A stretch of 44,620 nt of DNA, from NCBI GenBank assembly GCA_032718475.1, contig JAUCBJ010006269.1, positions 1 to 44,620 of the forward strand. The letters are read 5' to 3'. Positions 25,701 to 37,700 of this stretch are shown here, piece by piece. The notes under the pieces are model-generated. The model worked only from the letters and a program-made list of their open reading frames with translations, did not search any database and was not told the DNA's origin. Position 1 is the first letter of the stretch, and each line of letters begins with the position of its first letter. Source of the DNA: Nemertoderma westbladi. Lineage: Eukaryota; Animalia; Xenacoelomorpha. The translations under genes were made by a program, and so were the position numbers.

Positions 25701-28700
25701 GGGTGCGGAACCGGGTTTAGAAGAAATGTCGAGCTTCTTAAACTATGAAGCCGAACTAATAACGGACCCAGTCTATAGCGAGGATAGCCTGGGAAAGGGA
25801 CCAAAGACCGATTACCACAGGCCGAAACCAGAACACAATGCGTCGAACGCATTGCCAAAGCTCAGACAGTCACTGCCGTACGCGGCGATGCAGGGGACTG
25901 CTAGTCCACAAGTAGCCGGGGGTAAGACCACATCATGGAGCGGACAGGGGAAAAATAACAACACAAATAAACATAACCCCAGCACGCCCAGTAGGCCGAA
26001 CCCAAGCAATAAGAACAATAGGGACTTTGGTACGAACGCAAGTGCAATACGCAGCGCACTGTATAAGGACGGCTACAACCCAAAGAACAAATGCCAATTA
26101 CATACAAATGCACTTCATCAGACCATGAACTGCAGGTATTGGCAAGCGCTACCCAGGGAAGATCAGGTAGAATATGCGAGGAGAAATGAAATCTGTTCGC
26201 GATGTGTGATGAGTGGACATAGAGCTAACCAATGCAAGGAAGCGCCAATTAAATTCGGTCAAAGTAAAGGTCAGACAATGGCAACGAGCACCGTAGGGGC
26301 AAAGAAGAGAGGAACGGTACTACTTGGGGTAGTACCAGTGCGAGTGATTGGGGAAGGCAATCGATCAGTGACCACACTGATGCTGGTCGACAGTGGAGCA
26401 GCCTTCACGCTGGTTGAGGATTGGGTGGCCAAAGAGATAGGATTGAGAACGAGGCCAAGTAGAATGGTGGTAACAACCATTTCCAGCAAAGATGAGGTCC
26501 TGGAGATGAGGACCGGACGGTGCGCGATAGCAGCGATAGCACCGGGATGCGACTATGGGGCGACCATCGACCCCAGAGGTGATAGAGTCGATAGATATCA
26601 ACGCCAGGTGGCCAACCAACATCGAGGTCGAACAATACAAGTTCCTGGACAGTATCGACTTCTCAATCCCAGAGGTGGACGTTATGAAGGTATCCATTAT
26701 AGTAGGAATGGACTGCCCGACGGCCCACGAGAGAATGCGAACGGTCTTTGGCGAAGACAGGCAGTGTGACCCGGTGGTGATTTTAACACCATTCGGGTGG
26801 ACGCTGAGCGGCTCAATCAGGAGCAAAATACCGTTTAGGATGTCGGAGACATCAGGATGCATGTTCGCGGGAACTATGCGAGAAATGGGAGATGAGGGAG
26901 CGGAGGAGCAGCTCAGGAGACTGCTCAGGCAGGATTTTGAGGGATTGAAAGAGACCGGGGTCGGGACCTCGGTAGAAGACAAACAGGCTTTACAAAGTGT
27001 GGAGGAATCGATGACATGCGGTATACCATAGGGATGGTATGGAAGCTACCGAAGCTACCGCTACCCGACAATAAAGGAATGGTACTCAGGAGGCTTCGTA
27101 AGTTGAAGCAGACGCTAAAACGGAGCCCCGAGAAGAATGAGTACATTCACAAGACGATTAAGAAGTATGTCGAGAAAGGATGGGCCATAGAGTTACCGGT
27201 CGACGAACCAAACACGGACAGGACCTATTACCTGCCACTCCACGTGGCTCTAGACCCGAAGAAAGGTAAACTGCGGATGGTAGTTGACGCATCGGCTAAG
27301 ACCAACGGCAAATGCCTAAATGATTATCTGCTGGAGGGTCCCAACATCTACAACTCAGGGATCGAGGTCCTACTCAGATTCAGGAATGGGAAACACGCTT
27401 TCACCTGCGACATCGAAGGCATGTTCAACCAAGTCCGTGTAACGGAAGAGGATAGCGACAGCCAGCGCTTCCTATGGTACAACTGCGACGAGGAACCGTC
27501 GACCATACCGATGTATAAGATGATAGTACAGAATATGGGAGCCAAGTCGTCTTCATTTACGACGACTGTGGCCGTAAGAGACACGGTAAAAGGGAAGGAA
27601 GATAAATATAGCGCCAAAGCCGTCGATATGATTCGACGCGGCTTCTATGTAGACGACGGGATGGAGTCTGGAAATACGGTTAAGGAACTACTGGATACCG
27701 GGCGCGAGGTTCGCAACATCCTAAAAGGATCCGGGTTTAACCTAACCAAGTTACAATGAGGACAGGAGGCCAGAGTCAACCATGGATAATCCCACGACAG
27801 CCAAGGGACAGGACATGGCGAACAAGAGAGTAGAGTCCCAACAGAAGGCACTAGGGATTGTGTGGAACCGAGAGACAGACGAGTTGAAATACCAGTTGAG
27901 TCAGGAGGGCGCAGACATCCACACAAAGAGGGGCTATGTTTCGTATATAGCGAGGATATACGATCCCCTAGGCCTAGCATCCCCATTACTAGTCACGGGG
28001 AAACAGATACTCAAGAAAGTATACAAACTGAAGGAGGATTGGGACACAGAGGTCCCGGAAGAGATCAGCAAGCAATGGAGCAAGTGGACAGAGAGTTTAG
28101 AGCAGATGGGAACATACAGCATGCCACGCATATATTTCCCAGATGGGGACATGACGAATCTGGATCTGCACATGTTCTCCGATGCATCATTAGAGGCATA
28201 CGGAGCGGCACTCTACTTAGTACAACAAGAGGGGGCTCACAAGCCCAGACTCGCATTCAGCAAGGCAAAGTCGACGCCGCCAGATTCAGCATCAGTTCCG
28301 AAACTCGAGTTGACAGCTGCGAGGTTAGGAGTTAGGGCCACAGCCTACTTGATGGACGCTATTCCAAACATAGTGGAAACACACTACTGGACGGACTCCA
28401 TGGTAGTGCTTGGTTGGCTACACAATGAGAGGACGAGATACCCTATATTTGTCGCAAATAGGGTGGACGATATAAGAGCGACGACAGAATTGGAAAGGTG
28501 GCACTACTGCCCAACGGACGAGAACCCCGCGGACTTGTTATCGAGGGGCGGAGCACGCCACACTTTCTTAAAAAAGGAAGTATTGTGGCAGCACGGGCCG
28601 CAATTTCTGAACGATAGAACAGCCTGGCCACCGATGAGGAAGGTGGACCCGGGCTCAGGGGAAGTAGTATTAGAGGAAGAGGGAGGAGATTCAGAAGGTG

Positions 28701-31700
28701 AGGAGATATACAGCCAGATGGTGAGGGAGATAAGGGACGTGCAACTGAAACCGGAAGAACTGTGCGATAACCCGACGGACAAACTCCTTAGCTACAGCTC
28801 AAGTTGGTACAAGACCAAGAAGTTAGTGGCGTACTGTAGAGCCTTCGGGGACTTCCTTAAGGGAATCGGTAAAGACACAAAAGGTAAAACAACCGTCGAT
28901 CTGGAAGGGGCGGCCAAGGCCGTCATCCGCTACGAACAGCGGAAGAATTACGGCGACGAGGTGGAATGCGTCGGTAAAGAACAGCATCTCCGACGGGACA
29001 GTGAGCTGATCGCGCTGTCGCCACAACTCATTGATGATGGAATCTTAGTAATGAACTCTAGGGTGTTGAACAACAACAGTATCATCATTCCGCCAAAGCC
29101 CATCATCATCCCTAATGGATCGCCGATGGTCCACCAGATCATTTGGGACTCCCATAAGTCGATATTGCATGGGGGCACCAACCGAACCCTCACGGAGATA
29201 TGAAGGACCTTTTGGGTCAAAAAGTTAAGAAAGAAGGTAAAGGCGGTAGTGGGGCAGTGCCAGACCTGCCGACGAACGAAGAAGGAGCGAGCCATACAGG
29301 AGATGGCGCCACTACCGGCCAGTAGGGTGAGACAGCACGACCCGCCATTCACGCACTGTGGTGTGGATATGTTCGGGCCGATAGAGATTAAGGTGATGCG
29401 GCACACGGAGAAGCACTACGGCATTATCTTCGTATGTAACAACACGCGGGCGGTAGGGATAGAACTCGCCCAAGATGCAACAGCATCGGCATTCATCAAT
29501 GCCCTAGAGAGGTTCAGAGACCGCAAAGGTGGGACGATCGCAGTAATATACTCCGACAACGGAACCAACTTTGTGGGGGCAGAGAACGAGCTGGCGGATG
29601 CCTTGGACATCATGGAAGGGGAAGAAGTCAGGGCAGCCATGAGAAGACGACAGGTGAAGTGGGAGAGGAGGACGCCGTATGCTCTGCATACTCTAGGATG
29701 CGCCAAGAGACTCGTGGGTAGTTCAAAGCGTCTAATGACGAAGTTGATGAACACCCACATGGTAACAGAAGACGTACTGAGGATGGTACTAGCAAAGTGT
29801 GAGGGTATCATTAATAGCAGACCGCTATATCCAGAAAATGATGACCCAGAGTCATTAGATGTGCTGAAGCCCAGTCACTTTCTAATGGAAAGGCCGGCGA
29901 CCATCGACATGCGGGGTGTAGACCCAGACGATATACACTCCCGCCTAAGTTGGAAAGTCGCTAAGGCGATAAGTGCAGAGTATTGGAGGAGGTGGGTCGA
30001 GGAATATCTACCCACGCTTCATAGGAGAAGCAAGTGGAGAAATACAAACAGGGAGTTAAAGGAAGGTGATCTGGTGATCGTCACGGACGATACCATCATC
30101 AACAACCAATGGCGATTGGCGAGAGTCGTGGGCACTTACTCCGATGAGGACGGAAGAGTCCGATTGGTAGAAGTGCGGATAGGTGGCAAAATAGGAGCGA
30201 AAGATAGAAAGACCTACAGGAGGGCTGTAGGTAAGTGCTGCCTTCTGGAGGGAGCACCATAGTGTTTAGTCATCCAAGTTTTGGACTGAGGGGGGTGGGA
30301 TTGAGGGCGAGACGCACTTCCCACACAAATAAAAAATAATAATATAAAAAGAAAGAGAAAGTAATAGCACATAATAGGTACGCAGTAAGTAGGCAGATAG
30401 AAGTAGTAAGAGGGTACGTAGTACCGTTAGTTAGTTAGCAGTAAGAGGGTACGTAGTACCGCTAGTTAGTTAGTAGTAAGAGGGTACGTAGTACCGCTAG
30501 TTAGTTAGTAGTAAGAGGGTACATAGTACCGCTAGTTAGATAGTTAGTTAGTAGTAAGAGTGTACGTAGTACCGTTAGTTAGATAGTTAGTTAGTAGTAA
30601 GAGGGTACGTAGTACCGCTAGTTAGATAGTTAGTTAGTAGTAAGAGGGTACGTAGTACCGTTAGTTAGATAGTTAGAGGTTAGTAAGAGGGTACATAGTA
30701 CCGGTTAGTATGAGAGAGTTAGAGGTTAGTAAGAGGGTATGTAGTACCGGTTAGTAGGAGTTAGTTAGAGGTTAGTAAGAGGGTACGTGGTACCGTTAGT
30801 AGGAGTTAGTTAGAGGTTAGTAAGAGGGTACGTAGTACCGGTTAGTAGAAGTTAGTTAGAGGTTAGTAAGAGGGTACGTGGTACCGGTTAGTAAGAGTTG
30901 GTGGAGTTAGAAGTTAGTAAGAGGGTACGTGGTACCGGTTAGTAAGAGTTAGTGGTAGAAGGGTATGTATAATATAAATATTAGTTAGTAGTGAGTAGCG
31001 AGAGGGGGGCATGTGAGTACAGCTGGATAAATCGTGTAGGCCACGCGACCCATACTGTTATACTGCACAAGCCCACAGAGTAGGCCAGAATGTGGATTAT
31101 AGAATAGAATAATCCATTGGCGGAATAAGTAATAGCACAGTAGTAGGATTGAATTAAATTAAAAATAGTATAAAAGGTAGAAATTAGACAAATTATGGTA
31201 ACAGTAGGGAAAATATTCTGGAACATAATTAAAGTAACGGACAAAATTGCAAAATTTAGTACAATTCGGTAGTTTTAGAAAATTAGTTAGGAAAATTAGG
31301 CTATAACTTAGGTTTCTGGGAGAAGTAGGCCATTATCGAACTGAATAAACCATCCTAACGTTATCACTCATCTGTAAAGCGCCTTGGCAAGGCACCACCT
31401 TACAGGTGAGTGGGTGAGAGAGTTCGAAATGGCGGAGAAACTGGTCAGAAAGAGAAAGGCGGAGTTAGGAGGAAAGGAGATACTGGTGGATTTCACCGAG
31501 AGGCATCCGGAAGAAAAGACGAGGGGATACTACGAGCGGTTAGAGAGAGGTCACAAAGCGCGAGCGCTACAGGACCATTTCAGGGAGGTGCACGAACAGC
31601 GGCTGGTCGGGACCTACGGGATGCCGTCGCTGGACAACGCGATCTTCGAGCATTTCCACTACGTGGTGAAGGGAGACGAGGCGAAGTTTGGGATTCCGAA

Positions 31701-34700
31701 GTACGCGAAGGAACCAGGAAAGAGGTTCGTAGAGTCCGTGAGCAGGGGAGGATACATGGTCCTAGACGATGAGGGGACCGTGGAAGACGAGGAAGGTTCG
31801 AGGAGAGGATCGGCGGGGTCGGCCAGAACCATACTCCTACATTTGGCCACGCCAAATGGGGATATATTCCTATTCGATCTAGGGACGTATGGAAAGAAGA
31901 ATGGGCCGAAGTTGAACCGGTTGCCAAAGGCGGTGCAAACCCTAGTGAGAGAGAAGTCAACGACGAAGGTGGGATCGGCGATCCGCGACGATGCGGAGAG
32001 AATCATCGGTCCGGACACCCCCAACCTCCTGGACATGCAGACGGTCTACATGGCTATGACAGCACCAGACGGGTAGGGACTAGTGGAGAACACAGGCCAT
32101 TGTGGAGCGGTGGTGATGGGCCAGCTAATGGGGCTCGTGTGTCACAAACCAATGGACTGGAGTAAGTTCAGAGAGGAGTACGGAGCGGAGTTGGCGAACT
32201 CGCTGAAGTGGGGAGCGAGGCCAGGGAGACAAGAGGTGTATCAATTCCGGAGAGGAGCGATAAAGGTATATCAGAAGCGATATATCCTGCAGGAGGACTG
32301 GATAATGATGGGTTTGCTTAACCTATTCATGACCGTGGTTATCGAGAGGGAACCAACGGCATTCCTATTATCGGGATCACCCCTGAACTACAGAAGAGCC
32401 TTCAAGACGGCTTCGAGGGTCTGGTAGACCACCCGGGGCTGAAGGGCGAGTTGGTGTACTATAACTGCCGACATCTGGTAGACGGGGAGGTGGATACGCC
32501 GTATCAGAGATGGGAGCAGCTAGAGGCGGATAGACGAGAAGCGAAGCGATTGGAAGAAATCGCTAGGCAGGAAAGGAGAGAGGCAGAGGAAAGGGAGGAA
32601 GAAGCTAGAGCGCAGAGCTACAGCTTCGAGGAACAGGCGGCCTTAGACGAACTTCGTTGGACGTCATCAGGGAGTTCGGGGGAGTCTCTAGGGCGAGAAT
32701 TAGGGTGGACGGTGGGATCACCGAAACAGTCGACATCGGGATTGCAGACGACGCCCATACCAGCGGGCGCCGAGGGCGATCACCCGCTAAGGAGGCTAGG
32801 GGAGCTGGAAGGATGGAAAGTCACGGGCGAGAGCCAAGGTGGGAAGGGACGCAGTGGGTCCACCAGGATACCAGGGTTGGAGCCAATCCCAGTGGAGGAC
32901 GAGGATGACGACGAGTTCGGAGAGATGCCGCCCATTGGGAGGATCGGCCACTCGGACACGGACTGGGTTGGCGGGAGGGTGGTGACGGCCAGTGGGGCGA
33001 GAGCCTTCTGGGATAGACCCGGCAAGCGGGCCTGGGTGCATGAGGAGCCGGCGATGGATTTCGCGGGGAGCACCATCAGGTTGGGCGAGCAACCGGGAAC
33101 GGCACCACGGGTAGTATTCGGGGAGACTATGCCCGGGAGGGGCGAGGAGATAGACGTGGACAGGGACGCTAACGTCCAAAAGTTCGCTTACCAGCGACTC
33201 TACAGACTGCGGAGATCGCTTGGGACGATAGACGACGTGGGGTGGGAGACATTGGTGCTCGGCTGCGATTACTGTGGGAGGCAAACCCACCAGGAAAGGA
33301 GCTGTTTGTACCGGTTCCAGAAAGGGACTAGTTGTCTCTACTGCCGCGAGTCGAGCCACAGGATGGGGGCGTGTCCACGGTTGCACAACCAGTGTTCGAA
33401 GTGCAACTTCCGGGGGCACTACAGACACCAGTGCGACTGGATGGACGACGAAGAGAAGTTTAGGATCTTCGAGGAGTGGGCCGATGTCGGGGCCATGACT
33501 CGGCAACGTATGAAGGCCCAGGAGTTCCGGTGGGCCTTCTTTAATATCAACCAGGAGGCCCATTTGGAGATTATCAAACGGAGACTTCCGTTTACCTACC
33601 AGGAGGTAGCGACGGCGGCGTCGTATGCCGGGGTGATAAATACGCAGAGGTATTTGGACAGGTGGACGCCACAGAACAGAGGATAGTTCAGAGATTTCTT
33701 GGCGGAGTATGTGCCGCGAGCGATGAAAGTGATCCTATGGGACGCCACCAGGGGGAGACAACAGGGCCACTCGGAGGGGCCACCCGCGAAGCGATATCGG
33801 GAGCTAATAACACCAGCGCCCAAGGAGTCGACGACCGGGATTAGTAGAGAGGTGACAGCGAGGGTCAGGAGCCTGAAGGGAGATAAGACCAAGGGAGCGG
33901 CAGCGGCCAGGAAACGACCAAGAGAAGAGGACGACAGAGGGAAGGACTTGAGATGGTTCCCAAAGTCAGGTGGAACGATCTAAGACTTCGATGTGGCATG
34001 CCTGGAAGGCACCACGTGAGACGTGCGAACTCCTAAGTACAAATTCAAATAATTTAAATAATTGAAAAGTGCAATTAGTATGTACGTACGTAACAATCAC
34101 TAGTCTAGTAAGTAAATATAATCAAAGTAAGTACTATAGCCATATAACCTTTTTCCAATTAGCTACTGGGACTGGGACCAATTGACTATGGTACTGTGAA
34201 TCACAAACGAGACATTGGACGACATCACACTTCTTGAGTGCGACGGCACAGGAGGGGGGTGAGACTCGTCAGGAGTGAGTGGGTGAGATAGGGGTCGAGT
34301 GATAGCGCGAAAAGAGTGCGGGTACAATTCAAGTGTGGGGGGGGGGGGGGGAGGAGGAGTAAGAGGCCAGAGTGAGGGACTAGGAGGTCCGAGAGTTAGA
34401 GCGGAAGTGAAGAGAAGTAGAGGAGAGTGAGAGTAGAGTGGAGTTAGAGTGGCGAGAGTGTTGGGGAAACAAAAATCGTGTGAGAGAAAGTCACGATCGG
34501 CCCGACACGGGACGCCAGAAAGACGGGGTAGCGATATCATACCCATAGGGAGCAGCCTGGAAAGCCGGCTCCGAAGAAAATAATTCCACCCCACACCCGA
34601 TAGTAGATCGGGAATTGTAGCGCACTAGAGGTGGATGCTATCTTCTCACCAGGAAGATAGCATGGGGGGGGGGGGAGTGTTAGCGAATTCAATTCCGCCA

Positions 34701-37700
34701 ACCACCCCATAAAGTTGGCCAAGCAGGGCCTTTGAGCAATATTGGGAGTACGAGGTTGATTGCCAATCAACCTCGTATCACCCCAATAAACGGGGACAAC
34801 AGGCCCCAAAGGAACACACACACAGCGGGGGTCAGAGGTTACACCCCCGGGAGGGAGAGAGTGACAGTAGTGGGGGGAAGCACTCCCAGAGAGATAGGAG
34901 GGCGAGAATTGGTTTATTAGCCAATGGAGGGCAGGCATCCACTGAGTAATGTAATACGGCCAACCAGTGCAATATATTACCAGTTACTGTTCCTCATTTA
35001 TTCACTTAGTTAGTCAGTTTAGTTAGGGCAGAACGGGAACTCTTATTACCGTCCACTGCCGCCATCATCTTTCAGCTATTTACCGGTACACTTACTCAAC
35101 ATTCAATCAACTGTGTTTATACTTTATTGGTGTAATATTATGGGTTTGTTCAGAAGTGGAAAAAATTTATTTATACTTTATTCAATTATATTATATCCCA
35201 TATTTATACATACCGATCAACAACCCAGAACTCTTTTCACACACAAACGGCGGGGACGCGTAGATAAGATAACCAACCGGATAAATCGGGGTTCTCGGAT
35301 CCCGTCACAAAAATAAATAAAATACCTGTGAACACAGTCCTACAAAAAATACCTAAAAAATAATAATAATTACCTGAACAGAGAAACACTAACCTGGTTT
35401 GATTTCCAATATAAAGGAGGTCCCGAAAACCTTTATTTATTACTAGAGCTATTGACGCCCCCTTACGTTCGAGTAAAGCATTGGTTGCTACGGTTGTACC
35501 CATACGAATCCATTCTATCTGTTAAATAAATTGTCATTAACTCATTAAACGACACTAATTTTCATTATTTTGGATAAAATTACACTCTAAAACTTTGTTA
35601 AGGGGGGGGGGGGGGGGGGGGGGGTACACCATTTTGGTCCAAAATATATCGAAATTATTTTTATGTTCTATCATAATGCACCACTAAATGGTGTTTCCAA
35701 ATCTGAAAACCGCTATTTAATAGCTCTTTTAGTTTTCAAGTTATAACAATTTCCCTTTAGGGAATCCTATTGAAATTACTATTACTATGTATAATGAAAG
35801 GTCGATTATCACCAAATATTTTTTTTATGAAATTGTCAACTTCAAAATCCTACTACTTCTACAATTTTTTAGCAAATAGTCTGAAAATTTCTGTGGGTGT
35901 CTACATAGCAGCCCTGCATAAAAGTCTTAGACAATTTTATGAAATTTGTTGTTAATAAAATTTTATACTATTTTTAACAAACCTATAAAATTTGCATAAA
36001 TTTGCAGCGCCTCCTAGCGGTGCATAATTATTTTCACAACATTTCACCTGATAGTTATGTTGCCCCATCTTTGATCTATCATATAAAAAAGATTAGATTA
36101 AAAACTGTAAAAGCCTTAGGGTTTTAAGCGCAACCAAGTTTTTTTTATTGTTAACTAATATTAAATAGCGAACATTTTTGACCTGTCTGGTTTGTAGACT
36201 CTGACCTGTCATGTAGAATAGCATCTTAGGTACCAATATTCCAAATTTTAGCCAAAACCAAACAAATTTGAAACGATGAGAGTGATAAATCGAAGATTTG
36301 TCCGAAAATGGTGTACCCCTAAATTGCATTAAGGTGACCGACCTGGCTATGTAATTTATTCATTGAGTCTGTAATATATTTTATGTATCAGGGACACCTC
36401 AGCAAATGAGGTGCCATCAAACGTGATTAATTACAGGTAGAAGCAATGAATACTAATTGTACATGGCCACTTAGAAGTTTAGGCCAGTTAATTAAAAACG
36501 CCAAACTACAAAAGCTAAGAATAAAAAGTGCAACAGGTAGAAAACAAAAGGAATTGTTGAAACGGAACACAACTGATTGGTAACTATGGTAACGGAACGA
36601 TGTGGGTGGTACCAAACGGAACGAAATGGAACAATCAGAAAGAAAAGGAGTGGAACGTTATCGAACTGAACTTCAGTGAAGTTCAATAAGAACGGGAGAT
36701 GAGGCAAATGTTACCTGGCTCGTTCCTATTGGCTCATCTTTATCTATATTAACGCCAGTCTCTTCTGATATTATCCTTCGTATTGCTTCTTTAGGAGCGT
36801 CTTCATAAGAATCATCGACTGAGAGCAGTTTGTAAGAACGCACCTTTACGAATAATATAAATATAAACTTCCTTAAAAGGAATACGATACATCAGGCACT
36901 ACGTTAGATAATTTTTAAGGAGTGTCTCTCCCCACCCTCTTAAGGTACAATCACAACAACAATCACCCCCCCCCCCCCCCCCCCCCCCCCTCCACCCTCC
37001 ACCTCCCTTCCATTTCTCAGATATTTAAAAAAAAAAATTTCTTCGGCCGTTAGGACAGGGATTACGCACAAAGTCTGACGACTTATTTCCAGTGCGGTCC
37101 CCCCAAAACTATACTCCCCAGAGGACACTTCAGTACTCATTTAGCTACCACTTAAGGATGCATGGCAGAGATACCGAAACAAAAACTGCCCTGGCCAATG
37201 CGAGGATCGAACCCACGACCTACGGGAGATGTGAATTCAATGCAACCACTACACCAAGGTGGGAACTATATATTTATCCAGCAGTTTTGCATAAACTTTC
37301 GTTATTCAGTTTAAAGTTATAGTGTAAGGTAATGTTATTTTCCATCAAATATAACGGGCCCTCACAGTTACGGGGTCTCTGGGTGCCAAAGTGACGCGTG
37401 AAGAGTGGCGGTCTGCAGGTATGCACTGCACTACTGCATGCACAACGAACACGGAACTTACAGTGAACTGCACAAACACACAGACTCAAAAATCTACCAC
37501 AATGAATTGGAGGTTGTTTCATCCAATGGATTACCAGGACTGACCTCGACTTGTCAGTGTTACAGTACCCGGAGGTACAAACAGTAACACCGCATATGGA
37601 CCGATACGAGGGGGATGGGGGCGCTAACTAAAACAATAAACTATAAAGTCAATAGCAAATGTTACAGTTTAGTTTTTTCTCACAATCAATCAGCTGTTAT

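Larger units (their letters stand above)
21288..35309 (+). mobile_element. Full-length BEL/Pao LTR retrotransposon (14,022 bp) with an extra ORF
   Basis: Two TGT...ACA LTRs, AAAAT target-site duplication (21283-21287, 35310-35314), polypurine tract at 34664-34677, gag-PR-RT-RH-IN order with BEL-type motifs. Confidence 0.97.

Noticed and set aside
30405-30968. CRISPR-like repeat-spacer array next to a nuclease
   Set aside because: The spacers are related low-complexity TTAG variants, not unique acquired sequences.
31384-33983. env gene
   Set aside because: No signal peptide or C-terminal membrane anchor; exonuclease and knuckle motifs instead.
21886-34594. Minus-strand ORFs inside the retrotransposon
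   Set aside because: Antisense shadows of a purine-rich coding strand, with no recognisable motifs.
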